A DNA stretch of 64,000 bases from Candidatus Latescibacterota bacterium (GCA_965223905.1 CBDCXV010000009.1:224001-288000); one strand, 5' to 3'. Numbered from the stretch's first letter, positions 10,068-22,254 are shown. The notes: generated from the letters alone by a model not told the origin. Translations and numbers: made by a program.

Positions 10068-10649
10068 CTAGGCGATCATCGTCTCGGCGAGGGCGAAGCA
10101 GACCGAGGAGTGCGGCCGGCCGAGGTTTTTCGTCCAGCCTTCGCGCAGATACGGCTCTCCGGGAATTTGCCTGCCGTCGAGCTCGACGCTCCCGGCCGAA
10201 GCGAAAACGAGGATTGTGAAGACGATCTTCGGATGCAGGGTGGGCGGGCCGACGTAAGGGGCGGCGAGCCCGCTCCAGACGGCGCGGATCTCCCGGTCTC
10301 CGGCGGAGATCCTCCAGGCGGGCCGGCCGCGGGCGTCTCCTTCCTAGCGGAACTCCGCGGCGACCACCGGCAAATCGGCGAAGGGGCCTTCGATGCGGTA
10401 CATCGTCGTGCGGATGAACTGCTCGAAAGCGGGGGAGTCGGTGCAGGCGGCCTGGAACCCGGCTTCCCCCTCGATGCGGACGTAGGCCGCGGTTCCCGGG
10501 CCCGCGGGACTGAAGCGGCCGCGGTAGATGCTGACCATGGCGCTGTCCCGGCGGCTGCCGGGAAGGCGCAGGTAGTTGAGCCAGTGCTCGCCGCTGAACA
10601 GAAGCTCGTCCCGGCCGATCTCCGGGTTTCCCGGGGATGCGCCGCTCAT
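10068..10649 (-). pseudogene. Hypothetical protein interrupted by an in-frame TAG at 10344-10346
   Basis: The frame continues after the TAG for 91 more sense codons (EGDARGRPAWRIS...FALAETMIA*) to TAG 10068-10070, with coding-like codon usage. Confidence 0.65.
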
Positions 10650-10660
10650 TGCGTCCCCGG

Positions 10661-11623
10661 TCAGAACTTCAGGACCACCTTGACCGCCTCTTCTTCCTCG
10701 GGGCGGAGGAAGGCGGTCTCGAACCCCTGCTGGATCTGCTCGAAGGGGAGCACGTGCGTCAGAATCGGGCTGACGTCGAGGCGCCCCTCGGTGATCCACT
10801 GGAGGGCGACGGTGTAGTCCATCTGTGGGTTGGGCCCCACCGAGGCGATGAGGCGAGTCTCGTTGACGAACCAGTTGCGGAACTCGAGCGGTATGATCCC
10901 CACGTGGTTGTCCTTGTCCGGGACCCCGAAGCTGACCAGGGTGCCGCCCCGCTTCAGCAGGCCGGCGGCGAGATTGAGGGTCTCGGCGGCCCCCACCGCT
11001 TCGACGGCGCAGTCCGCCATCTCTGCGCCGGTCAGCTCGGTGACCGCGGCGCGCACGTCCTCCGCCGCGGGGTCGATCACATGGGTCGCCCCCATCTTTC
11101 TGGCCACAGCCAGCCGGTGGCGGTTGGGGTCCACGGCGACGATGCGGCGGGCTCCGAGGTTGCGCAGGCAGGCGTTGAACAGCTGCCCCACCGGGCCCTG
11201 GCCGATGACGACGATGTCCTTGTTGATGAGATTGCCGAGCTTGTAGAAACAGTGGATGACGGTGCCGAGCAGCTGGCTCATCAGGATGACTTCCAGCCGG
11301 CCCTCGGCCGGCAGCCGCACCACCCCTTCATCCCGGGCGAGCACGTACTCCTGGAACAGGCCGCGGTCGAAATGGGAAAGCAGCACCCGCTCCCCCTCGG
11401 CGTAGCGCCCCGACGGGCAGGCCTCGACGATCCCCATGCCCTCGTGCCCGGTATCGCCCGGCTCCAGCGGGTAGGAGGGGTACCCGCCCCAGAAAGACGG
11501 CCTGTCGGTTCCGCAGATGGCGACCCGCTCCAGACGGACCAGCATGTTGCCGTTCGATACCTCGGGCTTGTCGACCTCGATCAGCTTCCAGGTGCGTGGT
11601 TGCACCAGTTGTGCCGCGCGCAA
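10661..11623 (-). CDS. Zinc-binding (MDR) alcohol dehydrogenase
   Basis: ICGTD, GHEGMG, GQGPVG, VKVVL C-terminus. Confidence 0.88.
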   Translation of the reverse strand: MRAAQLVQPRTWKLIEVDKPEVSNGNMLVRLERVAICGTDRPSFWGGYPSYPLEPGDTGHEGMGIVEACPSGRYAEGERVLLSHFDRGLFQEYVLARDEGVVRLPAEGRLEVILMSQLLGTVIHCFYKLGNLINKDIVVIGQGPVGQLFNACLRNLGARRIVAVDPNRHRLAVARKMGATHVIDPAAEDVRAAVTELTGAEMADCAVEAVGAAETLNLAAGLLKRGGTLVSFGVPDKDNHVGIIPLEFRNWFVNETRLIASVGPNPQMDYTVALQWITEGRLDVSPILTHVLPFEQIQQGFETAFLRPEEEEAVKVVLKF

Positions 11624-11689
11624 TGATGCTCTCCCATTCGACGGGTAGGTTACTGAAAAGACGAAATCTTGACTTCGGCTGCCGGTCTT

Positions 11690-11970
11690 CTACGCGGCCG
11701 GCCTTACTTGCCGGACTATTTCCCTGCCGCGTTCGCGTTTCAGAAGGGCGATGTCGTACTGGCTCTGAAGATCGAGCCAGAACGAGGGCTATTGCCGAAA
11801 TAGTGACCGAGTCGCAACGCCGTGTCGGCGGTTATCGAACGCCGGCCATTGATGATGTCCGTGATCCGCCCGGAAGGGACACCGAGGTTCAACGCGAGCC
11901 GGTTCGCGCTCAGATCGCGAGCCTTCAGCTCACGCAGCAGAAAACGGCCGGGATGTGCGATTGGTGACAT
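11690..11970 (-). pseudogene. higA: HigA-family antitoxin with a -1 nt frameshift near 11785
   Basis: HPGRFL...ITADTALRLGHYFGNSP; the canonical FWLDLQSQYD...* continuation lies in the shifted frame. Confidence 0.8.
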
Positions 11971-11972
11971 GG

Positions 11973-12264
11973 CTATCCCCTGTGGTGGTAGTCGACGATC
12001 TCCACCTCGTGCGCGTCACCACTTCGAAACTCGAAGCAGATCCGCCAACGGTCGTTGACGGTCATGGCCCATTGTCCTTTGCGGTCACCCTTTACCTTGG
12101 GCAGACCCACACTTGCCAAGGGGCTGATGTCCCTGAGGGAGGAGGCGACGTTCAGGGCGTAGCAGCAGGTCGACAGCTGCATCGAAGTCAAGGCCCCGAA
12201 ATCGGTTCGGTCTCTCACCTTCCCATACTTTTCGCGTAGCGGAAGTACGCCATGACCGTATCAC
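11973..12264 (-). pseudogene. higB: HigB/RelE-family toxin with a +1 nt frameshift near 12160
   Basis: N-terminus VIRSW...DLLL and C-terminus ...KGDRKGQWAMTVNDRWRICFEF...VEIVDYH lie in different frames; toxin precedes antitoxin. Confidence 0.8.
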
Positions 12265-12271
12265 GGCAAAA

Positions 12272-12299
12272 AACATACTACGCGTAACGGAAATTTCAA
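12272..12299 (-). promoter_or_regulatory. Putative sigma70 promoter of higBA with an operator palindrome
   Basis: Minus strand TTGAAA-16 nt-TATGTT, 7 nt before the GTG start; TACGCGTA palindrome (12279-12286) in the spacer. Confidence 0.5.
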
Positions 12300-12481
12300 T
12301 TGTTGATAGGACTTACCCCGCCGCCGTCCACAACTGCCCCGCTCCCATGGTCCGCCATACCGGTATCGGCGAGCCCGCCCGATTCTTGACGATTCCCCGT
12401 CCGGCGCTACATTCACCGCGGCGTCACCTCCGGCCGCTGCATCGCAATGCAGCACCATTCCCCCCACCCCTCGAGAACAGC

Positions 12482-13045
12482 ATGGTCACAATCTCGGAAA
12501 CCGCCCTGAAGAAGATCGTCGAGCTGATGGAGAAGAGCGAAAATCCGGTCAAGGGGCTGCGCATCGCCGCCAAGGCCGTGTCCCCCCTGAAGGTCGATTT
12601 CCGCATGGCCTTTCTCGGCGAGGAGTACGAGGGCGGCGACGAGGTGTTCGGCTTCGACGGCTTCGATCTCTACGTCGATGCCGAGAGCCTCCCGCACGTG
12701 CAGGAGGCGACGATAGATTACGTCGATGGCCTGATGGGCAGCGGCTTCAAGATCGACACGCCAACGAAAAAGCCCGAACTGTCCGGGGCCTTGGCCGACA
12801 AGGTCCAGACCGTGATCGAGCAGCAGATCAACCCCGCGGTGGCCTCGCACGGGGGCTTCGTCTCCCTGGTCGACGTCAAGGACAAGGTCGTCTACCTCGA
12901 GATGGGAGGCGGCTGCCAGGGCTGCGGCATGGCCAACGTCACCCTGCGGCAGGGGATCGATGTGATGATCAGGAAAGCGGTTCCCGAGGTGGAGGAGATC
13001 CGCGACGTCACCGAGCACGCCGGCGGCGAGAACCCCTATTATTGA
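12482..13045 (+). CDS. nfuA: NfuA-type Fe-S cluster biogenesis protein (degenerate A-type carrier + NifU domain)
   Basis: ITISETA...IDYVDGLMGSGF N-domain; INPAVASHGG and GGCQGC; DVTEH...ENPYY C-terminus. Confidence 0.85.
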   Translation: MVTISETALKKIVELMEKSENPVKGLRIAAKAVSPLKVDFRMAFLGEEYEGGDEVFGFDGFDLYVDAESLPHVQEATIDYVDGLMGSGFKIDTPTKKPELSGALADKVQTVIEQQINPAVASHGGFVSLVDVKDKVVYLEMGGGCQGCGMANVTLRQGIDVMIRKAVPEVEEIRDVTEHAGGENPYY

Positions 13046-13197
13046 TCCTGTCCAGTGCTCCCCGACTCGAGCCCGCTTGCGCCGGGAAGCACTCCTCGCG
13101 GCGTGATCCTGCGACTCTGAAATCATTTCAGGCAGTCCTCCTTTACCGAACCCCGGTAGCGAGCGGAGGCCGGCCTCCAACCCGAAGGAGATGCCTC

Positions 13198-13569
13198 ATG
13201 CGACAAGCAGTGCTGTTGGCGCTCGCGGTACTGGCGGTGGGATGCGGTGTAAGCGATCAGGACAAGAAGGCCCTCGCCCGCGAGGTTCGCGACCTGATCC
13301 GCAGCATCGATGCGGAGACGCGGGGATTCGGCTCGGAACAGCAAGTGGTAGAGGGATTCCTCGAGCGGCGCCAAAAGGAGTTCGACGAACTGAAGGCTTC
13401 CCTGGAGAAAACCCTGGGGGGCGACAAGGCGGAGAACTTCGACCGCTTCTATCTGCAGGGGCTGCTCGACGAGCTCGAGAAAAAGGGGGACGACCTCGGC
13501 TTCGAGCAGGCCAAGCGCCAGACGCTCAAACGCCTCGAGCAGCTCAAGAGCCGCATCGAGAAGCTGTGA
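13198..13569 (+). CDS. Hypothetical lipoprotein
   Basis: MRQAVLLALAVLAVGC lipobox; RBS aggag; charged helical mature region. Confidence 0.65.
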   Translation: MRQAVLLALAVLAVGCGVSDQDKKALAREVRDLIRSIDAETRGFGSEQQVVEGFLERRQKEFDELKASLEKTLGGDKAENFDRFYLQGLLDELEKKGDDLGFEQAKRQTLKRLEQLKSRIEKL

Positions 13570-13680
13570 GGCACCGGCTGCCGGGGTCTTGCGAATTGGC
13601 CCCGGCGCGATAGTGCCGCCGGTTCGCCGCGGCCAGTCCTTGTTGGATCCACCTCCCGTTCAGATCGACCTCCACGCGAC

Positions 13681-14901
13681 ATGCTGACTCCCGAAGAGGC
13701 GCAACAGATCGTCCTGGGGCACGTCCGCCCCCTCGGGGTCGAACGCGTCCCCCTGCTCGAGGCGCTCGGGCGCCTGCTCGCCGCGGACGTCCACGCGACC
13801 TACGACAGTCCCCCCCTCGACAACTCGGCCATGGACGGGTACGCGGTCCGCTACGAGGACGTGAAGAAAGCGTCCGCCGAGGCCCCGGCCGTCCTCGAGG
13901 TGATCGAGGACATACCGGCCGGCCGCATCGGCAGCAGGACAGTGGCTCCCGGCCAGGCGAGCCGCATCATGACCGGAGCCCCCATTCCCGCCGGCGCCGA
14001 CACCGTCATCCGGGTGGAGGACACGCGCGCCGCCGGCGACCGCGTCGAGATCTTGGAAGGGGACGAGCCGGCGGCCAATATCCGGCGCCGCGGCGAGGAC
14101 ATGAAGCTGGGGGAGAAGCTGATCGCGGCAGGGACCGAGCTGGGGCCGGGGGAGCTCGGGGTGCTCGCCACCGTGCAGCGGACCTTCGTGCCCGTTCACC
14201 GGCGCCCGAGGCTCGCCATCCTCTCGACAGGGGACGAGCTCGTCGAGATCGACGAGCCCCTCGAGCCGGGCAAGATCGTCAACAGCAACACCGCCACCCT
14301 GGCGGCCATGGCCCGCGCCCACGGGGCCGAACCGGTGATGCTGCCGGTCGCGCCCGACGACGAGGACCGCATCCGGGAAGCGGTCGAGACCGCCCTCGGC
14401 AGCGATTTCATTCTCTCCTCCGGGGGGGTGTCGGTCGGGGAGTACGACTTCGTCAAGAAGGTGCTCACGGATATGGGGGCCGAGGAGATCCTGTGGCGGG
14501 TGGCGATGAAGCCGGGCAAGCCGCTGTACTTCTGCCTGCTCAAAGGCAAACCGTATTTCGGCCTTCCCGGAAACCCGGTTTCAGGATGCATGTCCTTCCT
14601 GCAGTTCGTGCGCCCGGCCGTGCGCAAGGCTTCCGGGTACCCCCCGGAACAGCAGCTGCTGCCGACGGCGACGGCGCGCATGGAGAACGGCGAGGAGAAC
14701 GACGGCGACCGCCGCCAGTACCTGCGCGCGCAGCTGCGCTGGGAGAACGGCCGGCTCGGGGCGCGCACCGGCCACCGCGGCCAGGGCTCGCACATCCTCA
14801 CCAGCATGCTAGGGGCCAACGGCGTCGTCGTCCTCGAGCCGGGCCAGAGGGTCGGCGCCGGCGACGAAGTGACGGTCCAGGTCATCGGCAAGCTGTTGTA
14901 G
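13681..14901 (+). CDS. moeA: Molybdopterin molybdotransferase MoeA
   Basis: [41 protein letters not shown]. Confidence 0.95.
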   Translation: MLTPEEAQQIVLGHVRPLGVERVPLLEALGRLLAADVHATYDSPPLDNSAMDGYAVRYEDVKKASAEAPAVLEVIEDIPAGRIGSRTVAPGQASRIMTGAPIPAGADTVIRVEDTRAAGDRVEILEGDEPAANIRRRGEDMKLGEKLIAAGTELGPGELGVLATVQRTFVPVHRRPRLAILSTGDELVEIDEPLEPGKIVNSNTATLAAMARAHGAEPVMLPVAPDDEDRIREAVETALGSDFILSSGGVSVGEYDFVKKVLTDMGAEEILWRVAMKPGKPLYFCLLKGKPYFGLPGNPVSGCMSFLQFVRPAVRKASGYPPEQQLLPTATARMENGEENDGDRRQYLRAQLRWENGRLGARTGHRGQGSHILTSMLGANGVVVLEPGQRVGAGDEVTVQVIGKLL

Positions 14902-15001
14902 CGGCTCCGCCCGCCGCTGTCCCCAAGGGACACCGCCACTTTTTGCCAACCTGCCCTGTCTGCGGATATTATGCCCGCACCCAGCAGACAGGAGAGTCTC
15001 G

Positions 15002-16969
<1,968 letters not shown>

Positions 16970-16997
16970 CGCATCCCCGATGGCGTTTTTTCCCGAG

Positions 16998-17026
16998 AGG
17001 CCCCCTGGCAGGGGGCCTTTCTGTTT
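16998..17026 (+). terminator. Probable intrinsic terminator after acs
   Basis: aggccccc-tggca-gggggcct hairpin followed by ttctgttt. Confidence 0.6.
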
Positions 17027-17118
17027 GCGACCCGGATGATCTCCTTCGGCAGCGATATCACTGCGGACTTGGACGCCGAGCTGCTTCGCGCCGCAGCCGA
17101 AGACCTGGAGATGACCTG

Positions 17119-18147
17119 ATGCTGCCGCTGTCCCAGGGACCGCTGGCGATCGCCGCGCTCCGGGAGGAAGAGACGCACCAGGCCTGCACCTGGGACCGCG
17201 GGGTGCGCAAGAAGCTGCCGGTCGACCGCGGCAGCACGGTCACCCTGGCCGAGGTGGCCGGCTGCGGGTACATCGCCCAGCTCTGGCTGACCTTCCCCGG
17301 CTGGTTCTGGCGCAACTGGGAGCCGCAGGCCCCGATCAGCGCGACCATCCTGAAAACCCTGCTGCTGCGCATTTACTGGGACGGGAGCGACCGTCCCGCG
17401 GTCGAGGTTCCGGTCGGCGACTTCTTCGGCTCCGGCCTGTGCGAGGTCGCCAACTTCACCTCCCGCTACATCGGCATGTCGAGCGGGGGATTCTACAGCC
17501 GCTTTCCCATGCCGTTCCGCAGCGGCTTCCGCATCGAGGTGGAGAACCGGGACGAGCATGTCGATACGCAGGTGTACGCCAACATCCTCTATCAGCTTAC
17601 CGACCGGCTGCCCGGGGACCTCGCCTGGTTTCACGGCCACTTCCGAACCGGGGAGAACGAGGGGGCCGCCCCGCTGGTAGTTGCAGACGTCAGCGGGCGC
17701 GGCCATTTCGCCGGCTGCAGCCTGTCGATGCAGGCCCGGGACCGCAACTATCTCGGCTTTCTCGAGGCTCCCGAGCAGGTCTTCATCGACGACGACTGGG
17801 CGCGGCCGCGCATCGCCGGCACCGGGCTGGAGGATTACTTCATGGGGGGATGGTACTTCCGCGAAGGGGTGTTCGCCGGGGACCTGCACGGCCTGCCCGT
17901 GAAGGACGCCCTCAACTCGATGACGGCGATGTACCGCGTCCACGAGAGCGACGCCATCCACTTCCGGCGCCGTTTCCGCATCCAGTTCACCAATCCGTTT
18001 CCCGGCGAGGCCAAGCCGTTCCGCCATTCGTCGGCCGCCTTCCTGTACCTGGCGGACCCCCGCGGCCAGGGCCCGCCGGTGCCGGATGCCGAGCGGCTGC
18101 TGTGCTGGTACCGGGTGCGCGACCGCGACCACCAGAGCATCCCCTGA
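17119..18147 (+). CDS. DUF2961 / GH172-like glycoside hydrolase
   Basis: LRIYWDG...PAVEVPVGDFF, FPMPF, GTGLEDYFMGGWYF, YRVHESDAIHF. Confidence 0.8.
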   Translation: MLPLSQGPLAIAALREEETHQACTWDRGVRKKLPVDRGSTVTLAEVAGCGYIAQLWLTFPGWFWRNWEPQAPISATILKTLLLRIYWDGSDRPAVEVPVGDFFGSGLCEVANFTSRYIGMSSGGFYSRFPMPFRSGFRIEVENRDEHVDTQVYANILYQLTDRLPGDLAWFHGHFRTGENEGAAPLVVADVSGRGHFAGCSLSMQARDRNYLGFLEAPEQVFIDDDWARPRIAGTGLEDYFMGGWYFREGVFAGDLHGLPVKDALNSMTAMYRVHESDAIHFRRRFRIQFTNPFPGEAKPFRHSSAAFLYLADPRGQGPPVPDAERLLCWYRVRDRDHQSIP

Positions 18148-18240
18148 TGCGGGATGGGGGCCAGACGGACTGCGCGGTTGCCTTGTCGCGGGGGGCGTTC
18201 TTCAGGAGTTCGGCGGCCGGGCGGAAGGGCGCAAGCTGCT

Positions 18241-18603
18241 CTACACCTCGACGAAGACGCGGCCGTCCCGGACGAACGCCGGGTAGGAGCGCACGCGCGC
18301 TCTGCCGGGATCGGTGAGGGAGCGGCCGCTGGCGAGCTCGAATTCCCAGCCGTGCCAGGGGCAGCGGACGATCTCTCCCTGGCGGCCGTAGCGGATCTCC
18401 TCGCCGGGCTTGCAGGGCAACGCCGTGCCGGTCAGCACCCCGTCCGACAGGCGGGCGCCGCGGTGGGAGCAGATGTCGCGCAGGGCGAAGACGCGCTCGC
18501 CGTCGCGCACGACCACGAGGGCGCGGCCGCCGACCTCGACCCGCTTCAGCGCCCCTGGCTGGAAGTCGCCGGCGGCGCCGACGTCAACCGCGGTGGAGGT
18601 CAT
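18241..18603 (-). CDS. Rieske [2Fe-2S] ferredoxin
   Basis: CSH...CPWHGW. Confidence 0.9.
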   Translation of the reverse strand: MTSTAVDVGAAGDFQPGALKRVEVGGRALVVVRDGERVFALRDICSHRGARLSDGVLTGTALPCKPGEEIRYGRQGEIVRCPWHGWEFELASGRSLTDPGRARVRSYPAFVRDGRVFVEV

Positions 18604-19690
18604 AGAACCGCGAGGCGTTGGCGGCCATGATCCGCTTCCTCAGGGGGCCGGGGACGACCGCGGGAATGGCGCGGTCGGGGGGGTCGAAATCCCAGTGGGG
18701 GTAATCGGTGGCGAACATCAGGAAGTCGTCGCTGCCGATCATGTCCATCAGCTGCAGGAGGTGCTTCGGGTTCGCCGGCTCCTCCATCGGCTGCGTCGTC
18801 GCCCCGAAGTGCTCGACGATGTACTCGCTGGGCAGCTTCGTCAGCCAGGGGACCTCGTCGCGCAGGCCGCGGTAGTTCTTGTCGAGCCGCCACATCAGCC
18901 CCGGCAGCCAGGCGAATCCGCCCTCGACCAGGGCTATCCGCAGCGACGGGAACCTTTCGAAGGTCCCCTCGCAGACCAGGCTCAGCACCTGGGCCTCGAA
19001 CGCCTGCGACATGGCGGTGTGGTCCTCGATGTAGTAGGAAGGCCAGCCGCAGGCGGTTATCGGATTTTCGCCGCCGCGGCCGCCGAAGTGGATACCCACC
19101 GGCAGGCCGGCGTCGCAGGCGGCCTCGAAGATCGGCAGGAACTCGCGCCGGCCGTAGGGGGCGTGGGAGCGCACCAGCAGCAGCACCTGCACGAAGCGCG
19201 GGTCCTCGGCGGCGCGGCGGATCTCCGCGGCCGCGGCCGGAGGGTCGCTGGTGTTGGCGACGATGGAGCCGCGCCAGCGCTCGTCCGCCTCGAGCCAGAC
19301 CGCCGCGGTCCACTCGTTCACCGCCCGCGCCAGGGCGTTGGCGAAGTCGAGGTTGTGCACCGCGGCCATTCCGTAGAGCGGGTTGAGGATGGCGGCCTCG
19401 ATCCCCCAGCAGTCGAGCAGCTGCTCGCGGGCGAAGGCCGGGTCGCTGCCGGGGGTGCCGCCGTCCGGCGGCCAGGCGTCCCGGCGCGAGGCGTGCTCGA
19501 ACCCCTTCGGATAGGTGGGGCCCGGGGGAGCCTTGAATCCCGACTGCTCGATGTAGGCTTTCCAGCGCGCCGACAGGTACGGGAAAAGTTCGGCGATCGA
19601 TCCGGGGTAGTTGTGAACGTCGCAGTCGACCAGCGACAGCGAGGCTCCGTTGCCGCCTATCGCGGCTGCGGCGGGGGCGGTTTCAGTCAT
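18584..19690 (-). CDS. Amidohydrolase_2 family protein (possibly an amidohydrolase-related dinuclear oxygenase)
   Basis: DCDVH, IHFGG, EDH, VEGG, TTQPMEEP, FATDYPHWD; overlaps the Rieske gene. Confidence 0.85.
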   Translation of the reverse strand: MTETAPAAAAIGGNGASLSLVDCDVHNYPGSIAELFPYLSARWKAYIEQSGFKAPPGPTYPKGFEHASRRDAWPPDGGTPGSDPAFAREQLLDCWGIEAAILNPLYGMAAVHNLDFANALARAVNEWTAAVWLEADERWRGSIVANTSDPPAAAAEIRRAAEDPRFVQVLLLVRSHAPYGRREFLPIFEAACDAGLPVGIHFGGRGGENPITACGWPSYYIEDHTAMSQAFEAQVLSLVCEGTFERFPSLRIALVEGGFAWLPGLMWRLDKNYRGLRDEVPWLTKLPSEYIVEHFGATTQPMEEPANPKHLLQLMDMIGSDDFLMFATDYPHWDFDPPDRAIPAVVPGPLRKRIMAANASRFYDLHRG

Positions 19691-20177
19691 TTCCGGTACC
19701 GTTTCCGTGAAGGCGCTCGTAGTTGCCGCCGTAAAAAATCAGGGGTTCGCCGCGGCGCGATGCCGCGGCCAGCAGCTCGCCGACGAACATGTCGTGATCG
19801 CCGCCGGACAGCACCTCGACGACCCTGCAATCGGCGAAGGCGAGGGCGTCGTCGAGGATCGGGGAGCCGGTCTCTTTCACCGTGCAGCTGAGGTCGGAAA
19901 AATTCTTGGGGCCCTTCTTCGCGAACCGCCGCGACAGGGACTCGTGCTCCTGCTTGAGCACGTTGACGGCGAAGCACCCGCTCTCGAGCAGGGCGCCGTG
20001 CATGTGGGCGGTCCTGTCCACCGAGACGACGAGGAGGGGCGGGTCGAGGGAGAGCGACATCACGGCGTTGGCGGTCATGCCGCACATCTCGTCCCCGCTC
20101 CGGGTGGTCACCACGGTCACCCCGGTGGCGAAACGGCCCATCACCTGCCGCTGCAGCTCTGAGTCGACAGCCATCAT
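19683..20177 (-). CDS. Flavin reductase family protein
   Basis: RFATGVTVVT, SLSLDPPL, GGDH, PLIFYGG. Confidence 0.9.
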   Translation of the reverse strand: MMAVDSELQRQVMGRFATGVTVVTTRSGDEMCGMTANAVMSLSLDPPLLVVSVDRTAHMHGALLESGCFAVNVLKQEHESLSRRFAKKGPKNFSDLSCTVKETGSPILDDALAFADCRVVEVLSGGDHDMFVGELLAAASRRGEPLIFYGGNYERLHGNGTGND

Positions 20178-20258
20178 CTGCTCCCGTTACGGAGTCGTCT
20201 GTGCGAACAGGGGCCGAAACATCGATGGTTCGCCGCGTCCGTCAAGCATCCAACCGGC

Positions 20259-21200
20259 TCAGTTCCCCGAGCGCATCTGCCGGCTCTGCTTCGAAACCGT
20301 CTCGAGCTGCTCCTCGTTCCACTCCTCCTGCTGCTGCATCGCGTAGAGCGAGGTGTAGCCACCCGACCAGTCGGGCGGAACCAGGCAGGGGCGTCCGTCG
20401 TGGTGCGCCCACAACGCCGGCCTGCCGCGCACGATCTGTCCTTCGTAGCGGCTCGGCAGCGGGTTGGCGGTATAGGTGAAGGCATCGGCGGAGGAGTAGA
20501 CGTTGAGCAGCAGCGGCCGGCCCTGGTCGGACAGGTTCGGCCTAGAGCCGTGGATGACGCGGCAGTTGTGGATGGTGACCGACCCGGCCTGCCCGGTGAG
20601 GTACTCGACCCCCTCCGTGTCGATGCCGGCGGCGTCCTCCTCGCTCAGGCAGCCGACCCAGTTGCCGTTGGAGTACTGGTTGTAGAGCCGGCCGTTGTGG
20701 CTGCCCCCAATCGCCCCGAGCGGCCCCTGGTCGTCGCCGACGTCGTGCAGGTAGGTGCCGATCGTCAGGGGGCTGTAGTTGGTGTGCGGCCAGTAGGTGA
20801 TGTCCTGGTGCCACTTCACCTCCTCGCCGCCGCGCGCCCATTTGAAGTTGAGCTTCGAGTGGTGAAACTTGACGTCGGGGCCGACGAGGTCGGCGGCGAT
20901 GTCGGCGATGATCGACTGCGAGGCGAACTCCCAGTAGGCCGGGTGGTGCTCGACCGGGCTGGTCAGGCGCCGCAGGCGCGGGTCCCCGGCGGTGTGCCCC
21001 GGCTCCAGGTCGAAGATGGCGTCGGACTGTTCGAGGGAGCGGCTGCGGTCGACCATCTCGCCGGTAACGGCGATGAGCCGCTCGACCCATTCGTCCGGGA
21101 CGACGCGCTCGACGAGCAGGTAGCCTTTGTCGAAGTAGAAGCGGCGCTGCTGGTCGCTGAGTACAACAGGCGGGTGCGAGAGGATCTCTTCAGGAGTCAT
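20259..21200 (-). CDS. Phytanoyl-CoA dioxygenase (PhyH) family Fe(II)/2OG enzyme
   Basis: WHQD...IH...HGSRPN...R motifs. Confidence 0.88.
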   Translation of the reverse strand: MTPEEILSHPPVVLSDQQRRFYFDKGYLLVERVVPDEWVERLIAVTGEMVDRSRSLEQSDAIFDLEPGHTAGDPRLRRLTSPVEHHPAYWEFASQSIIADIAADLVGPDVKFHHSKLNFKWARGGEEVKWHQDITYWPHTNYSPLTIGTYLHDVGDDQGPLGAIGGSHNGRLYNQYSNGNWVGCLSEEDAAGIDTEGVEYLTGQAGSVTIHNCRVIHGSRPNLSDQGRPLLLNVYSSADAFTYTANPLPSRYEGQIVRGRPALWAHHDGRPCLVPPDWSGGYTSLYAMQQQEEWNEEQLETVSKQSRQMRSGN

Positions 21201-21330
21201 GGTCGTTCTCCGGTTGTGGGGTGCCCGGCAGGGTGACCGAGGTGCGGCTACCAGGGCGGCCGGGGGATCTTCAACTGGCTTTCATGGGGCCGGATCCGCA
21301 AGGCATCAAAGGGACCTCGTCCGGTCCGGC

Positions 21331-22254
21331 TCAGGGGACGTACTCGTGCAGATCGTGGATCCACTTGTGCCCCCCGCCCGGAAGCGCGTAGGCCCCTCCC
21401 ATGGCGAACAGCCTGTCGCCGGCGGTGCAGGCGTCGAGCCAGGCCTTGCCGGCCGGCATCGGCTCGGCGACGGTCCAGGAATCGCGGGCGAAGTCGTAGA
21501 TCTCGTTGGACGACGTGTACCTGGGATCGCGGCCCCCGAAGGTGTACATGCTGCCGTCGAGGAGGGCGACCCCCTGGGACTCGCGCCCGGTCGGCTGCGG
21601 GGCGAGCGGCTCCCACTTCCCCACCGCGGGGTCGAGAACGTACAGCTCGTCGCGAAACTGATTGTCCGGGTCCTTGTCGGTGCAGCCCCCGAAGACAAAG
21701 ATCCTGCCCTCATGAGCCGCCACCCCCGGACCCTGCAGCGGCCGCGGCAGGGAGGGGCCGTCCGACCATTCGGCCGCCTGCGGGTCGTAGACCTCGACGC
21801 GGTCGACGATGCGCTGGTCCCGGGGGTCCATGGTGTTGCCCCCGATCACCCAGATCTTCCCTTCGCAGGCGACGACAGCGACGCCGGCGCGGTGCCCCCT
21901 CGGCATCGGCTCGAGGATCTGCCACTGCTGGGTGCGGACGTCGAGAACTTCGAGGCAGTCGCGCGAGATGAAGTGGTAGTCGAGGCCGGTGCGGATGCGC
22001 ATTTCCGACGTCTGTATCGTCTTGCCCCCGGCGACGTAGATCCTGCCGTCGAGCAGGTCGGCGCCGAGCCAGCCGCGGGCGGTGGGAATCGGCGGCCCCT
22101 GTATCCAGACGTCGTTTCCGACGTCGTACACCTCGACCACGTGCAGGGTGAGGTCGTCGGCGCCGGAGATCGCGTAGATCGATCCGTTTACGGCGACGGA
22201 CTGCAGGTCGTGCCGCGGCGTCGGCATCGACCGTCGTTCAAGCCACTGTCCCAT
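21331..22254 (-). CDS. Kelch-repeat beta-propeller protein
   Basis: About six IYxxGG...E-x-YD...W...P-x-P-x-x-R repeats; start MGQWLE. Confidence 0.85.
   Translation of the reverse strand: MGQWLERRSMPTPRHDLQSVAVNGSIYAISGADDLTLHVVEVYDVGNDVWIQGPPIPTARGWLGADLLDGRIYVAGGKTIQTSEMRIRTGLDYHFISRDCLEVLDVRTQQWQILEPMPRGHRAGVAVVACEGKIWVIGGNTMDPRDQRIVDRVEVYDPQAAEWSDGPSLPRPLQGPGVAAHEGRIFVFGGCTDKDPDNQFRDELYVLDPAVGKWEPLAPQPTGRESQGVALLDGSMYTFGGRDPRYTSSNEIYDFARDSWTVAEPMPAGKAWLDACTAGDRLFAMGGAYALPGGGHKWIHDLHEYVP

Noticed and set aside
13570-13680. GC hairpin upstream of moeA as a possible Moco riboswitch
   Set aside because: Only one stem is evident and the multi-stem consensus was not recognised; an Rfam/Infernal scan would be needed
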